DNA of 63,772 bases, the filler included, from Chiloscyllium plagiosum (taxonomy: Eukaryota): NCBI RefSeq assembly GCF_004010195.1. It is 4 parts of 2 records of this genome, joined end to end, with 100 filler letters (N's around TTAATTAATTAA, not from the genome) between each part and the next. Parts side by side here need not be neighbours in the genome. Positions count along the whole stretch, not along the records: positions 1 to 27,868 come from NC_057711.1; 3 more parts are not named here. One strand, given 5' to 3'. The notes under the pieces were generated by a model. That model saw nothing but the letters and a program-made list of their open reading frames with translations, was not told the DNA's origin and ran no database searches. Below are positions 12,091 through 25,247 of this stretch, piece by piece. Position 1 is the first letter of the stretch, and each line of letters opens with the position of its first letter. The position numbers and the translations under genes were made by a program.

Positions 12091-12220
12091 ATTAGTGAGT
12101 ATTTCTCATCTTTTAATGTGGAAGTATGGTCTTTAGTTTGTGTTTAGAACTTCAGCCTCTGTTTCCCTCTCTATCTTTCTTAGAAATAGCTTGTTAGGTA
12201 TAAGATTGATCTAGCGTGTA

Positions 12221-13142
12221 TGTTATGGATCAGACCAGACCCCCTCAATTACTTTAAGAAGGCAGCCAAGACCCTAACTTCTTATTTTAAAGGTAGATGT
12301 GAAGTGTGTGTTCCAGATGGGATGCAGGTCAAACTACTCGACGTTAAGCAAGACACAATTTGTTTAAACACTATAATTAAAATAAAAACAAAATAAAGAG
12401 GAACATGTGAGGGCGACATGGTGGCTCAATGGTTAACCCTGCTGCCTCACAGCTCCAGGGACTTGGGTTCGATTTCAGCCTCGGGCGACTGTCTGTGTGG
12501 AGTTTGCACATCCTCCCCATGTCTGCGTGGGTTTCCTCCGAGTGCTCCAGTTTCCTCCCACAGTCCAAAGATGTGCAGGTCAGGGTGAATTAGTCAGGGG
12601 AAATATAGGGTACAGGAATGGGTCTGGGTAGGTTGCTGTTCAGAGGGTTGGTGTAGACTTGTCGGGCCAAATGGCCTGTTTCCCAACAGTGGGGATTCTG
12701 TGAATATGGAATAACTTAACTATTGGAAAACTTAACTGTATAATAGACACAGTACCTCTTACTAATTAACTGTTCCAACATCCCATAGCACACCCCTTGG
12801 CACAAAGGTAAATTCAGATACAGATTCTTACATGCAGTTCTCCAATCCAGGAAGGACCAACATCAAGAGACATTTAAGGGAAAGTAGTAGCTAACAATCA
12901 TTCACTGGAGCTTCCAAATTCTCTGGGATCCCAAATAGCTTCTGACTGCTGAAAGTAGAAAAATCTAGTAAGCCTGGTCTGTGAGAGCTGTCCACTCCCC
13001 TTCCATTGTTACAGCTGTTTTAAAAATACCTAAACACCTCCTCAGTTATTTACTTAAGCTGTTTCAACAGCCAGTTTAATACCTCTGCCTTTACAACCTC
13101 GCTTTTAAAGGAAAAAAAATAACCATTTTAAAGCATTGTACA
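12221..13142 (-). mobile_element. Solo LTR-like element in reverse orientation
   Basis: tgttatggatcagaccagacccccctc...agaccctaactt is the reverse complement of the LTR 3' end seen at ~11900-11963; far boundary approximate; no TSD found. Confidence 0.6.
12411..12703 (+). mobile_element. HE1/V-SINE-type SINE
   Basis: A-box tggctcaatgg, B-box ggttcgatttc, V-domain, CR1-like tail. Confidence 0.88.
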
Positions 13143-13319
13143 AAAAGAGAACATTACAACAAAGTATCCAAAGTGGGGATTCTTCAAGTGTGTAATGAGC
13201 AGAGATGTTAGTGATTTTAAAATTCATAGCAAATTAAATACAATAAGTTGTATGATGTGCTGCTCGACCCTGGACACTTTTTTTCAGAAGGTGGACAAAC
13301 CCTTAGACAATCCAAATTT

Positions 13320-14184
13320 GGCCTGTGATCAGGAAAAGGAGAGTGTGATTGTATAACCAAGGGACAGATACTCAAAGAAGCTCTGACCTTGCAACTGTCC
13401 AACAGAGAGCTGTGGTGGAGGCTGGTACAATTGTGACATTTAAGAGGCATTTGGATGGGTATATGAATAGGAAGGGTTTGGAGGGATATGGGCCGGATGC
13501 TGGCAGGTGGGACTAGAATGGGTAGGGATATCTGGTCGGCATGGACGGGTTGGACCGAAGGGTCTGTTTCCGTGCTGTACATCTCTGTGACTCTATGACT
13601 TTATATGAGATTCTTACAAATTTTGTGGATGAGAGCAGAGTCCGTTTGGAGGATGAGCAAAGTAATCCTACCAGTCATACTGAGAAACATTTCAGTGGGG
13701 GAAGAAATAGGCGTGCAGTAGTTGTGTGGGATGGTATAATTTAAGGAGATGGATGTTATTTTCTGCAGCCAGGAACATGAGTCCTGAAGGCTGTGTTGTT
13801 TGCTAGCTGCCAGGGTTAAGAACAAGACTAGACAGGGCCTTGGAGAAGGAGGCAATGGATCCATCTGCCATCATCCACATTGTTACCAATGATTGGATTA
13901 CCAAGAAGATTATGCTACAAGACTAATTGCAACAATTAGGAGCTAAACTAAAAAGTTGAAGGTGCAAGGTGATAAGCTCAGAATTACTACCTGAACCATG
14001 GGCAAACTGGCTCAAGTAATTGAAACAAACCCGATACATATTTTGGCTTAAAGATTGGTATGGCTGGAATGGGGAACTGACGCCAGTGTTGGAATAGAAA
14101 GGAGCCGTTCCAGTAGAACAGGCTTCATGTAACCACGTTGGGGACAGTGTCCTGGTGAATCAAATAAGCAGGGTTATAGAGAAG
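13320..14184 (+). mobile_element. Old CR1 ORF1 (esterase-like) remnant carrying a CR1 3'-end insertion at ~13411-13600
   Basis: LQLSNR|YEIL split by the insertion; VVVWDGII, RLCCL..ARVK similar to ORF1 at 62056-62991. Confidence 0.6.
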
Positions 14185-15340
14185 ACCATAAGACCATAAG
14201 ACATAGGAGTGGAAGCAAGGCCATTCGGCCCATCGAGTCCACTCTGCCATTCAATCATGGCTAATGGGCATTTCAACTCTACTTACCCGCACTCTCCCGG
14301 TAGCTCTTAATTCCTTGCAAGATCAAGAGTTTATCAATCTCTGCCTTGAAGACATTTAATGTTCTGGCCTCCACTGCGCTCCGTGGCAATGAGTTCCACA
14401 TGCCCACCACTCTCTGGCTGAAGAAATGTCTCCTCATTTGCATTTTAAATTGACCCCCTCTAATTCTAAGGCTGTGCCCACGGGTCCTATTCTCCCCTCC
14501 TAACGGAAACAATTTCCCAGCATCCACCCTTTCTAAGCCATGTATTATCTCATAAGTTTCTATTAGATCTCCCCTCAACCTTCTAAACTCTAATGAATAT
14601 AATCTCAGGATCCTCAGCCGTTCAGCGTATGTTAGGCCTACCATTCCAGGGATCATCCGTGTGAATCTCCGCTGGATACGCTTCCTGAGGTGTGAGGCCC
14701 AAAATTGGACAAAATATTCTAAATGGGGCCTGACCAGAGCTTTATAAAGTCTCAGTAGCACATCACTTTTATATTTCAACCCTCTTGAGATAAATGACAA
14801 CATTACATTTGCTTTCTTAATCACAACCTACAAATCAACCATTCGAGAATGCTGGACTAGCACTCTCAGATCCCTTTGTACTTTGACTTTAAGAATTTTC
14901 TCACCGTTTAGAAAATAGTCCATGCCTGTATTCTTTTTTCGAAAGTGCAAGACCTCGCACTTCCTCACGTTGAATCTCATCAGCCATTTCTTGAACCACT
15001 CTCCTGAACTGTCTAAATCTTTCTGCAGCCTCCCTACCTCCTCAGTACCACTTCCTGCCCACCTAACTTCGTATTATTAGCAAACTTCGCTAGAATGTCC
15101 CCAGTCCCTTCACCCAGATCATTAATGTATAAAGTGAACAGCTGCGGCCCCAACACTGAACCCTGCAGGACACCGCTTGTCACCGGCTGCCATTCCAAAA
15201 AAGAACCTTTTATCCCAATTCTCTGCCTTCTGTCAGACAGCCAATCCTCAATCCATGCCAATAGCTCACCTCGAACACCATGGACCCTCACTTACTCAGC
15301 AGCCTCCCATGAGGCACCTTATCAAAAGCCTTTTGGAAAT
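14185..15340 (-). mobile_element. CR1 3' portion (RT to tail)
   Basis: ORFs 15034-15291 ([21 protein letters not shown]) and 14279-14824 (LVRPHLEY..TRGH); tail rc (ccataaga)n. Confidence 0.92.
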
Positions 15341-15579
15341 AAAGAAGGCTTTAAGCTAGTTAAATACACGTGGAGGGCTTGAGAGGGGGAATACATAGAC
15401 TTCCGAAGCAGAAAGATATGGAGGCATTGTAATGCAAATAATTGAAAATAACACTCAGTGGGACAAAAACAACTGAGTGTCCATGCATAAGGAAATAGCA
15501 ACCAATATGGTCAGAAGGGGGAAAAATGTTAAGGAGGCAAAAAGAAAACCTCAATATTTAAAAAAAATCTGAAAATCTC

Positions 15580-16250
15580 ATGAAACCATTGACCACTGTG
15601 GGAATAGCCATCTGATTCCCTAATGTCCTTTTTAAGAGAAGGAAACTGCTGTCCTCACCCGTTCTGTTCAACATGTGACTTCAGACCCAATGCATTGTGG
15701 TTAACTCTTAGCTGTCTCTGAAATGGCCTAGAAAGCCATTCAGTTTTAACAATTACTAGAAAGTCTCAAAGAAATGAAACTGGACAGACCATCTGGCATC
15801 GACCTAAGCACTGGAGGCGACATTGGCAAACATTGGCAAGACCCTGCAAAGAACTACATCCTAACATCTCATGTCAAAATTGGGAGAGCTGTCTCACAGA
15901 CCAGTCTAGAAACAGCCTGATATTGTCCGTAAGGTATAACTCTGAGTATGACTATATCCCAGACACAATTATCACCATCCATGCTATGTCCCACTGGTGG
16001 GACAGGCCCAGGAGACGTTGCAGTACAGCAGTATATATATTTAGGTGGGAATTGCCCTAAAATTTTCAATATTGACGTTAGACATTGTGAAGTCACATGT
16101 CCAGCTCAGACATGGGCAAAGAAACCTTCGGCTAATTACCGTGTGGCGTCCTCCCTTAGCTGATGAGTAAGTTCTCCTCCATGTTGAACACCACTTGGAG
16201 GAAGTACTGGAGGGTGACATGTACTCTGGATACGGGATTTCAGTGTTTGT
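15580..16250 (+). mobile_element. 5' region and endonuclease start of the second LINE family (decayed)
   Basis: 5' segment homologous to 31390-31560 (rc); then KLGELSHR, PDTIITI-like APE start. Confidence 0.55.
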
Positions 16251-17614
16251 ATAACTTGTTCATAAACATTCAACTAAAACATCGAGATAATGCCTGATTA
16301 ACCACTATTCAGGCTAAGTCAATTCATACCAGGTTTCATTATTAACAGAAGAATAACGCTATGTATTGTAAAGAATTTTATTCTTTGGGTCCTGTTTGTT
16401 CCTTTGCATGCTTCTAGCTGCATTACTCACAAATCTATATGAAACGGTTACTTGACCAATCTGAGTGCTGCCGTCAAGCAGTTTTTCCTTAATTCCAAAA
16501 CTATTGAGTGCCGCCGTGCCTTAATATCATAACAATGTTCCGCTCCAGAAGTAACATTTATGTTCAACAAATAAAAGTATTTGCCATGTGATTTTCAAGT
16601 TGCAAACGTTTGCTGGGATTTTAGCTATATAGCAATGTCCAACTTTCATTTCAGTTCATTGTCCAATAGAGAACAATATGCCGTCTCTCACATCATTAGT
16701 AGTGCTCATTACATGAGGTAAGTAAATGCTAATATATATCATTACTTCTCATTTCTTTTTCTCTGTTTCAAACCTACCAGAAATGGAACTTTAAGATTTG
16801 GTGGCATTTAAATTTTGGTGTTAGATTCCTTTGTGTTAGTGTAAATTGAAGAAGTGTTTGTGAGTTGTCATTCCTTTATAGTAAAAAGAAAAACTTAATA
16901 GTGTAATTACATCTGTATCAAATCCTATAGAAAGTTCCATACGCTCCTTTAATTCCCCACAGGTAGCAACCCCACACTTACCTAGTCTAATTCAGTCCAG
17001 AAATTGCTGGGCCAGAATACAAATCTCAATAAATGCATCAAAAATGATTCAACACATGAATGAATCCTCAGAGTTGTTTTCTCACTCTACTTCCAGCAGA
17101 CTGCCAGTGCTTTTAGTTGATATTTTCAAAACAAACTTTCAGATCAAGCTGCTTTTTTATATGTAGTACAGCATGTGAGAAAATGCAAGGTACTCACAAA
17201 TAGATTTTCGGCTGTATATACAAAGGAATTGTAATGTGTTTCAAGTGATTAATAAAAGAGCTGAGCAGAATGAGAATCTCCTGAGCTCTAAACGTCTTAA
17301 AGAGAAACTCAGCAGGTCTGACAACATCTCTTCAGAGTTCAAAATAAGTAAAAACAAATTGCTGGAAATCACAGCGGGTCAGGCAGTACATCTTAAACAA
17401 TGTACTTGAAGATGCCAATTTTATAGTTTGAAAATAAGGAAACATGACAGAGGAAGAAAGGAGGTAAGAGTATTGTTCTTTTTTTTCTGCTATTCTAAAA
17501 TGTGATTAACAGTTTATATATGTTCTTGTTAAATGCTAATCATGAGGATCAGCAGGGAGATAATGTTGGTTGAATCCTATAAGTGTAGCTCAGGGCTGGT
17601 GTTAAATATCAACA

Positions 17615-18020
17615 CGCAAAGTTCTGGAAAAACTCAGCAGGTCTAGGGGCATCTGTGGAGAAAGAAACAGATAACATTTTTGGCCCATTATAACTTATTC
17701 GGAAAGAGCAAATTAGTGTAGATACTGGAATCTGTACTGTAAACAGAAAATGCTGGAAATCACCATGGGTCAGGCAGCATCTGTGGAAAGAGAGCAAACT
17801 AATGTCTCAAGTCTAGATGACTCTTTGTCAGGGCATTTCATCTAGAGTCATCTAGACTTGAAACATTAGCTTGCTTTCTCTTCGTAGATGATGCCTGACC
17901 CACTGTGATTTCCAGCAATTTTTTTTTTTTACTTATTTTGAATTCTGAAGAGATGTTGTCAGACCTGCTGAGTTTCTCTAGCACTTTCTGTTTTTATTTC
18001 ATATTGTCAGCATTCTCAAT
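17615..18020. mobile_element. Two nested fold-back Penelope-derived insertions
   Basis: Outer ctggaaaaactcagcagg/cctgctgagtttctctag arms; inner palindrome ~17750-17917 flanked by acttattcggaa/acttattttgaa. Confidence 0.7.
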
Positions 18021-18982
18021 AATTTACTTCTGGTAACTATCAATTATCTGGATGGTAATGTTTCTGAAGGAATTAATGTTCATATTTCATTAATCTTAAG
18101 TTCCACCCAATCTGATGTTACACAGTCTTTGTGTAGAGGCAATTGAGATTTGCACAAGTATCTAAAGAGAAGCTCTGCATTGTGCCTGAAAGACTTAATT
18201 AATTAATGTAAACTATACATACTGCAATCATTCAATTTGTTAAGCATGAGTAGCACCTCATCACCTTCTGTTTAGTTCACCAAGGGTGCATTCTCTATCA
18301 GTGATAGAGTGTAGAAAGAGGAGGATTGCGAGCAGTAACCAACCCAAATCAGAATACAACAAACAATGCAACACTGACAGAAGTCGTTACTGGGTATAAT
18401 CACAATGATGATATCAGCCAACTCTCCGAGTAACTTTAAAAACTCTTGTCAGGGAAGGCATCACTGAGGGGATGGGATTCAGTCCCAAACGTCCAAAAAA
18501 AAGGATTCAAAAATTCAAACACGGGGTCAATCTGGGGATACGTTGTCACAATACGGCCTTGGTTCAAATGTGAACAAAAGAATTGTAAGTCCAGCTGTAA
18601 GGTAAAAGTGACAGCCCTTGACATCAATGCTATATTCAACTAAGTGTGGCATCAAAGAGCTCTAACAAAACTGGAATCAATGGGAATTAGGGGCTAAACT
18701 CTCCAGTGGTTAGAGTCATACCTGGCATTTAGGAAGGTGCTCATGGTTATTGGAGCTCAATCATCTCAGCTCCAAGACATTTCCAGGAGTTCCTCAGGGT
18801 CGTGTCCTCGGCCCAACCATCTTCAGCTGTGTCATCAATGACCTTCCCTCCATCATAAAGTCAGAAGTGGGGAAATTCGCATAATGTTCAGTACTGTTTG
18901 CAACTCCTCAAATATTCAAGCAGTCCATGTTTAAATGCAACAATACCTGGACAATATCCAGGCTTGAGCTGATACGTGTCAA

Positions 18983-20186
18983 GAGTGTGGTGCTGGAAAA
19001 GCACAGCAGGTCAGGCAGCATCTGAGAAGCAGGAAAATCAATGTTTCGGGCAAAAACCTTTCATCAGGAATGAGGCTGGGAGCCTCGGGGTTTGAAGATA
19101 AATGGGAGGGGCGTGAGGCTGAGGGGAAGGTAGCTGAGAGTGCAATAGGTAGATGGAGGTGGGGTAAAGGAGATAGATTGGAGGTGAGGGTGGAGCAGAT
19201 GGAAGGTGGACAGGTGGGATGGTTCATGAGAGTGGCACTGAGCTGGAAGGTTGAAACTGGGATAAGGTGGGGGGAGGGTAAATGAGGAAACTGGCGAAGT
19301 CCACATTGATACCATGAGGTTGAAAAGTCCAGAGGCGGAAGATGAAGCCTTCTTCTTCCAGGTGTCGGGTGCTGGGGGAGTGGCGATGGAGGAGGCCCAG
19401 GACCTGCATGTCCTCGGCAGAGTGGGAGGGGGAGTTGAAATGTTCAGCCACGGAGTGGTGGGGTTGATTGGTGCGGGTGTCCCAGAGATGTTGTCTGAGG
19501 TGCTCTGCGAGGAGGCGTCCAGTCTCCCCCAAGGTAAAGGAGTCTGCATCGGGAACAATAGATACAATAAATGATGTGTGGAAACACAGGTGAAACTTTA
19601 ATGCATGTGGAAGGCTCCTTTGGGGCCTTGGATGGAAGTGAGGGAGGAGGTGTGGGCACAGGTTTAGCAGGGTGGCAGGGAAAGATGCCAGGACAGGAGG
19701 GTGGGTTGTTAGGGGGTGTGGACCTGAGGAGGTAGCCTCAGAGGGAACAGTCTTTACGGAAAGTGGATGGGATGGGGAGGGAAATATATCTCTGGTGGTG
19801 CCCTACTCTCAGAGCGCTTCAGAAAACATCTCCGGGATAACCGCACCAATCAAGCCCACCACCCATGCCTGAACACTTCAACTCCCTCTCCCACTCTACC
19901 TTTACCCCACCCCCTCCATCGCCACTCCCTCACCACCCAACGCCTGGAGGAAGAATGCCTCATCTTCCACCTCGGGACCCTTCAATCCTAGAGCATCAAT
20001 GTGGATTTCACCAGTTTCCTCATTTCCCCTTCCCCCACCTTACCCCAGTTCTAACCTTGCAGCTCAGGACTGTCCTCATGACCCGTCCCATGATGGGTTC
20101 CTTCCCACCCATCTGCTTCACCCTCCTCTCTGACCTATCACCTTTAACCCCATCTCCATCCACCTATTGCACTCTCAGCTACCTTT
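18983..20186. mobile_element. Penelope-like element with inverted architecture (minus arm 18983-19800, plus arm 19801-20186)
   Basis: GIY-YIG fragments GETGRLLAEHLRQH on minus and SERFRKHLRD on plus; terminal motif at ~19040-19067 (minus). Confidence 0.88.
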
Positions 20187-20785
20187 CTAAAAGCACTGTT
20201 GTGCTACTGAGACTTTATAAAGCTCTGGTTAGGCTCCATTTTTGGAGTACTGTGTCCAGTTTTGGTCCCCACATCTCAGGAAGGACATACTGGCACTGGA
20301 GCGTGTCCAGCGGAGATTCACACGGATGATCCCTGGAATGGTAGGTCTAACATATGAGGAACGGCTGAGGATCCTGGGATTGTATTCATTGGAGTTTAGA
20401 AGATTAAGGGGAGATCTAATAGAAACTTACAAGATAATACATGGCTTGGAAAGGGTGGACACTAAGAAATTGTTTCCGTTAGGCGAGGAGACTAGGACCC
20501 GTGGGCACAGCCTTAGAATGAGAGGGGGTCAATTCAGAATAGAAATGCGGAGACATTTCTTCAGCCAGAGTGGTGGGCCTGTGGAATTCATTGCCGCGGA
20601 ATGCAGTGAAGGCCGGGATACTAAATGACTTCAAGGCAGAGATTGCTAAACTCTTGATGTCACAAGGAATTAAGGGCTACGGGGAGAATGTGGGTAAGTG
20701 GAGTTGAAATGCCCATCAGCCATGATTGAATGGCGGAGTGGACTCGATGGGCCGAATGGCCTTACTTCCACTTTTATGGTCTTTC
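20187..20785 (+). mobile_element. CR1 3' portion
   Basis: ORF 20242-20628 EYCVQFWSPHLRKDILALERVQRRFTRMIPG. Confidence 0.92.
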
Positions 20786-21831
20786 TCCTAGTTGAGCTGA
20801 CATGTGGAAGTAACATTCGTGCCAGGTAACAAATATCCAGGATATGATCATCACCATTAAGAGACAATATAATCACTGCCCCTCGACATTCAATTGTATT
20901 ACTATCACTGAGTCCCTCACTATCAATGTCCTTGGGGTGTCCTTTGACCAGAAACTCATCTAGACTCACTACATAAACACAGTGACTACAAGAGCAGGTC
21001 AGAGGCTAGGAATACTGCAGCGAGTAACTAACCTCCTTACTCCCCAAGTTCTGTCTGTCATCTTCAAGACGCAAGTCAGGAGTGTGATGGAATTCTCCCC
21101 ATTTGCCTGGATGGGTGCAGCTCCAACAACATTGAAACCATGCACAACAATGCAGCCCATTTGATTGGCATCACATCCACAAACATCCACTCCCTCTACC
21201 TCTGACGCTCAGTAGCAGTAGTGTGCACTATCTACAAGATGCACTGCAGAAACTCAACAAAAGTCCTTTGACTGCACCTTCCAAATGCATAACCATCTAG
21301 AAGGACAAGGGCAGCAGTTACATGGGAACACCACTTTCTGCAAATTCCTCTCCAAGCTACTCACCATCCTGACTTGGACATATATTGCCATTCCTTCACC
21401 ATCATAATCCTGGAATTCCCTCCCTAAGAGCAGTGTGGGGCTAACTACAGGACAAGGTCTGCAGTGGTTCAAGCAGTCAGCTTACCACGACCTTCTCAAG
21501 AGCAACTAGGGATGGGCGGTTAATGCTGGCCCAGCCAGCGATGCCCATATTCCATGAATGAATAAAACGTTTTTTAAAAAATAGGAAGGTCATGATCTGA
21601 GATGAGCGACTTGTCCAATCACAGGCTGGCTTTCTCTCTCTCTCTCTCTCATTCTCAAATCAGTGGGACATCACAAGAAAGAGTGGAGTTGATTGGTGGA
21701 AAATGAAAAATCTTTGGGCAATAACTCTAAATAGCAGTAATTCAGAAAAGGGTATTAATAAGGATTAACTAAGAAGTGATGGGGATAAGTAAAAGTCCGA
21801 ATAAGCGAAAGAGTAAAGTAAAGTGAATATG

Positions 21832-22403
21832 GAGTCATAGAGTCATACAGCACAAAAACAAATCCTTCAGTCCAACTCATCCATACTAACCAAGTTTCCC
21901 AAACTAAACTAGTCCCATTTGCCTGTGTTTGGCCCATATCCCTCTACACCTTTCCTTTTCACGTACCTGTCCAAATGTCTTTTAAATGTTGTAACTGTAG
22001 CTGTATCTACCACTTCCTTTGGCAGTTCATTCCACATGTGAACTATCCTCTGTGTGAAAACATTGCCTCTCAGGTCCTTCTTAAATCTTTCTCCTTTCGC
22101 CTTAAAAATATGCCCCCTACTTTTGAACTCTCCCACTCTCGGGAAAAGACCTTCGCTCTTCACCTTATCTATGCCCCTCATGATTTTATAGACCTACATA
22201 AGGTTATTCCTCAACCTGCTACACTCCCAGCTTATCCAGCCTCTCCTTACGACTCAAACTCTCCAGTTCCCGTAACATCCTGGTAAATCTTTTTTAAACC
22301 CTCTCCAATTTAATCATATCCTTCCTACAGCAGGGTGACCAGAACTGTACACAATAACTCCAAAGGTGGCCTCACCCGCGTCCTGTGCAACCTCAACATG
22401 ATA
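21832..22403 (-). mobile_element. CR1 3' portion
   Basis: ORF 21909-22181 LFPRVGEFKSRGHIFK..WNELP; tail rc (gagtcata)n. Confidence 0.9.
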
Positions 22404-25247
22404 TTAAAGATATCCAGGAGTATAAGGATTGGACTGGAAAATTAGACTGAGGTAGTTGATTGGCCGAAGAGGCTCAAGTGACCAATTAGTGTTGTCCTGC
22501 TCCTATTTCCAAGATTCTTATTTTTGGATTGAAATCCAGATTAAATAAACAGAATTAATTTCTTTTTAAAGGGAGTTCAACCAGCTGGAATGGGATGGCA
22601 GTCAGGCTGTTGGGTCTATAACATTAGCCCGACCTGAAGAAATGACTCAATGTTGGTGTTCTGAATTCTGTGCATTTCTGATCCAAGGTATTTTCCTACC
22701 TTGGATCAAATGGACATTGGACCTTCTGGCTGGGATCTCTGTTCCCTTGTGAAAATTTGAAGCAATAAAAATGACAGAACCTCCCAAGTCAAATTGTTTG
22801 ATTTTGACATCGGAAAGTGTGAAGTAAAAGAAGCAATTCGTTCACGTTTACACACTCATAAACTGAACAAGCAATTTAATGACGCCCTTTGGGAAAACAG
22901 ATGCCAACTACTTACAGCATTTAAATTCCAACTTGTTAAGAGCTGAGATTTCCAAATCCTAAATATTTTAATAGGACATTTTAATCCAGAACTTCAACCT
23001 GACAACCGCATGCAAGACCTTTATTAGCTTCCCACACAATTCTTTCTGTAAAACACTGTGAGTGCATTCTCATCAGGCTATGGTGAGATGAGTTTTAGGA
23101 TTGGGCAAGGGTCTTCGGCCAATCCTAACTTGATACTTAAATCATCTCACCACATCTTGGATAACTTTCTGAAGTGGCGTAGCAAGATTTTGACTAGGCA
23201 GTAGTGAATTCCCAACTGATGATCATTACAGCTTTAAACAGTTTTGAAAACAGATCATCTTACCATGGGTTGTAACCTTACCAAACTTGCCATACAAACC
23301 AAACATCAGGAAAATGCAACATGGACACTGGAGCAACTTCAACTTGCTACTTGAGGTAAAAGAACCCTACATGAATCCTTGTGCCACATTTCCAATCCGT
23401 TGACTGGGCACTTCTGCATTTCAATGTTGTGCCTTGGGCTGCATTGGCAAATATTATCATAATGCTGTTGCAAAGACACTATATGGTCAGGGATGTGCAC
23501 TGTGCTCATGCCCTGGACTAGGCTGCATCTTACTTTTGAACCTACCTGGATGCATCCCGATCTAGACTTGTCTTTTCACATGTTGCCATCTCAGCCAGAA
23601 ACATCTCAGTAGCTCATATTGCTGCTGTCTTGCTTTGCCACTTAGCGCAGACACAGAGCCAGGCAGTTTGCCACGCTTGTCAGCAGAGCTCCGCCCAATG
23701 AAGGAAGATGGCCTTCACCAAAGTGGTTCAAGCATGGAAAGTCAAGGGCAGCCTCTGACACTAGTCCACACCCTGCCATAGTCAGGATCTTCTGCTCATT
23801 ACTGGTTGAGGAGCTGGATGACAGACAGAGCAGCATCTGTCTTGGCTCTTGCTGCCCAATTGATGGCTGTTTCAGTCCTAGAACGGTACAGATATTGCAG
23901 AAAATGAAGGTGGAGAGGTTTCCGAAGCAAGTGAGTAGACAGTGCAGAGAGCATGTGGGGTTAATGGTGCCACAGTTTGATGGGGATAAGGATGAGTGAG
24001 GAAGATGTTACAGACATTGGTGAGAGTGGTAAAGCATGAGCCTTGGTGGGTTTGGGATGCAATAGCAGACGCTTTGGAGAGAAACTGTGGCATATGCACT
24101 GCCAGGGTGGTGAAGAAGAACGTTTGTCTTTCACAGAGCTGGGCATTCTGGAAGGCCTGGTCTCATGGTCTCCATCTCTGGTCCTGGAGAAAAGGAAGAC
24201 CTGCATGTGCACCATCCTGTCCAGTCGGTCCTCCAAGACCAAACCTGAGAAATTGACTTCCCTCTTGTCTGATGTGTGTGGGTCAAGTGTCGGTAACCAT
24301 TCAGGGCAGCTTCAGACTGAGTGCTTATCCAGAAAAACAGCAGCCTTTTATGGAATTTGTGCCAAGGGTGCCAGTTCTGGGATCTCCTGGTGAGCAAAAG
24401 TTTCCCCAGGAGCAATGTGTGGTAAGATGGGTCAGATATTATTATAAAGGCTTGCTCCAACATGGAGACAGACAGTGGGATCTAATCAGCGTTCACACCT
24501 TTGTAATCACAGCACAGTAAAATTAAAACTTTAAAAGACTTTCAGCATTGACCTCAATAGTTCCAAGCCAGATGTTTTGAATAACCAATCCCAAGCTCTG
24601 TGAATAATCAATTCTCAATACCAGGTTGGTAGATGAAGCAAAAAACTTAGTAATTTATTAACAATATAGTAACTTCAGCAAAGCTAAATTAACAGCAAAA
24701 TGTTCTAACTGTCTCTGATTGAAACCCAATAACCTTTGTATTCAGCCCCATTCCCAAAGTCAGACAGACAGACAGACAAGCAATTAAGGGATAAATAAAA
24801 GAAAATAATAAAACAGGCCTGTATAATGAACAGTCTTATGATAAGGCAATTATGATATGTTGCTCAATTGATTTTTTTAGAAATGTTGATCTTGGCTACC
24901 ATTGCAGTTCACTATGAGGAAGTCAATGTGATTTATCACTTAGTTTTGCTCTCTGAACTTCCAATTCCTGATAATGGGAGGTTACACAGGAAGCTTTCAA
25001 ATCTTCATGCTGCAGCAACAATATCCAAGCACCTTCACTCAGAAACACAGTTCAAAAGAATAGCTCAGACATTGTCCCCTACTTTGGTTTGGCCATCATC
25101 TTACCTTCCAGACTTGTTGGAACCAATTCCTCATTTAATAGCTAAAGATAGACCATCTGATTAACCATACAGCCCTCACAGCTTCCAGTCATCCCAGCAT
25201 GTTGAATAGTCTTTGAAATCTTTTTGATCAAGAGCCAATCTGTGATT

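Larger units (their letters stand above)
18570..21570 (+). mobile_element. Second LINE family RT to 3' end, interrupted at ~18983-20789
   Basis: VTALDINAIFN, GVPQGRVLGPTIFSCVINDLP; resumes at 20790; RAGQRLGILQRV..QVRSVMEFSP; ends atgaatgaataaaa. Confidence 0.82.

Noticed and set aside
17193..17206. 14-bp minus-strand microexon (tacag|...|gtgagt)
   Set aside because: Too short, frame-shifting and weak pyrimidine tract; likely chance
23640..24520. Cluster of overlapping 60-116 aa ORFs
   Set aside because: No recognisable domain or splice structure; possibly very old transposon sequence but unsupported
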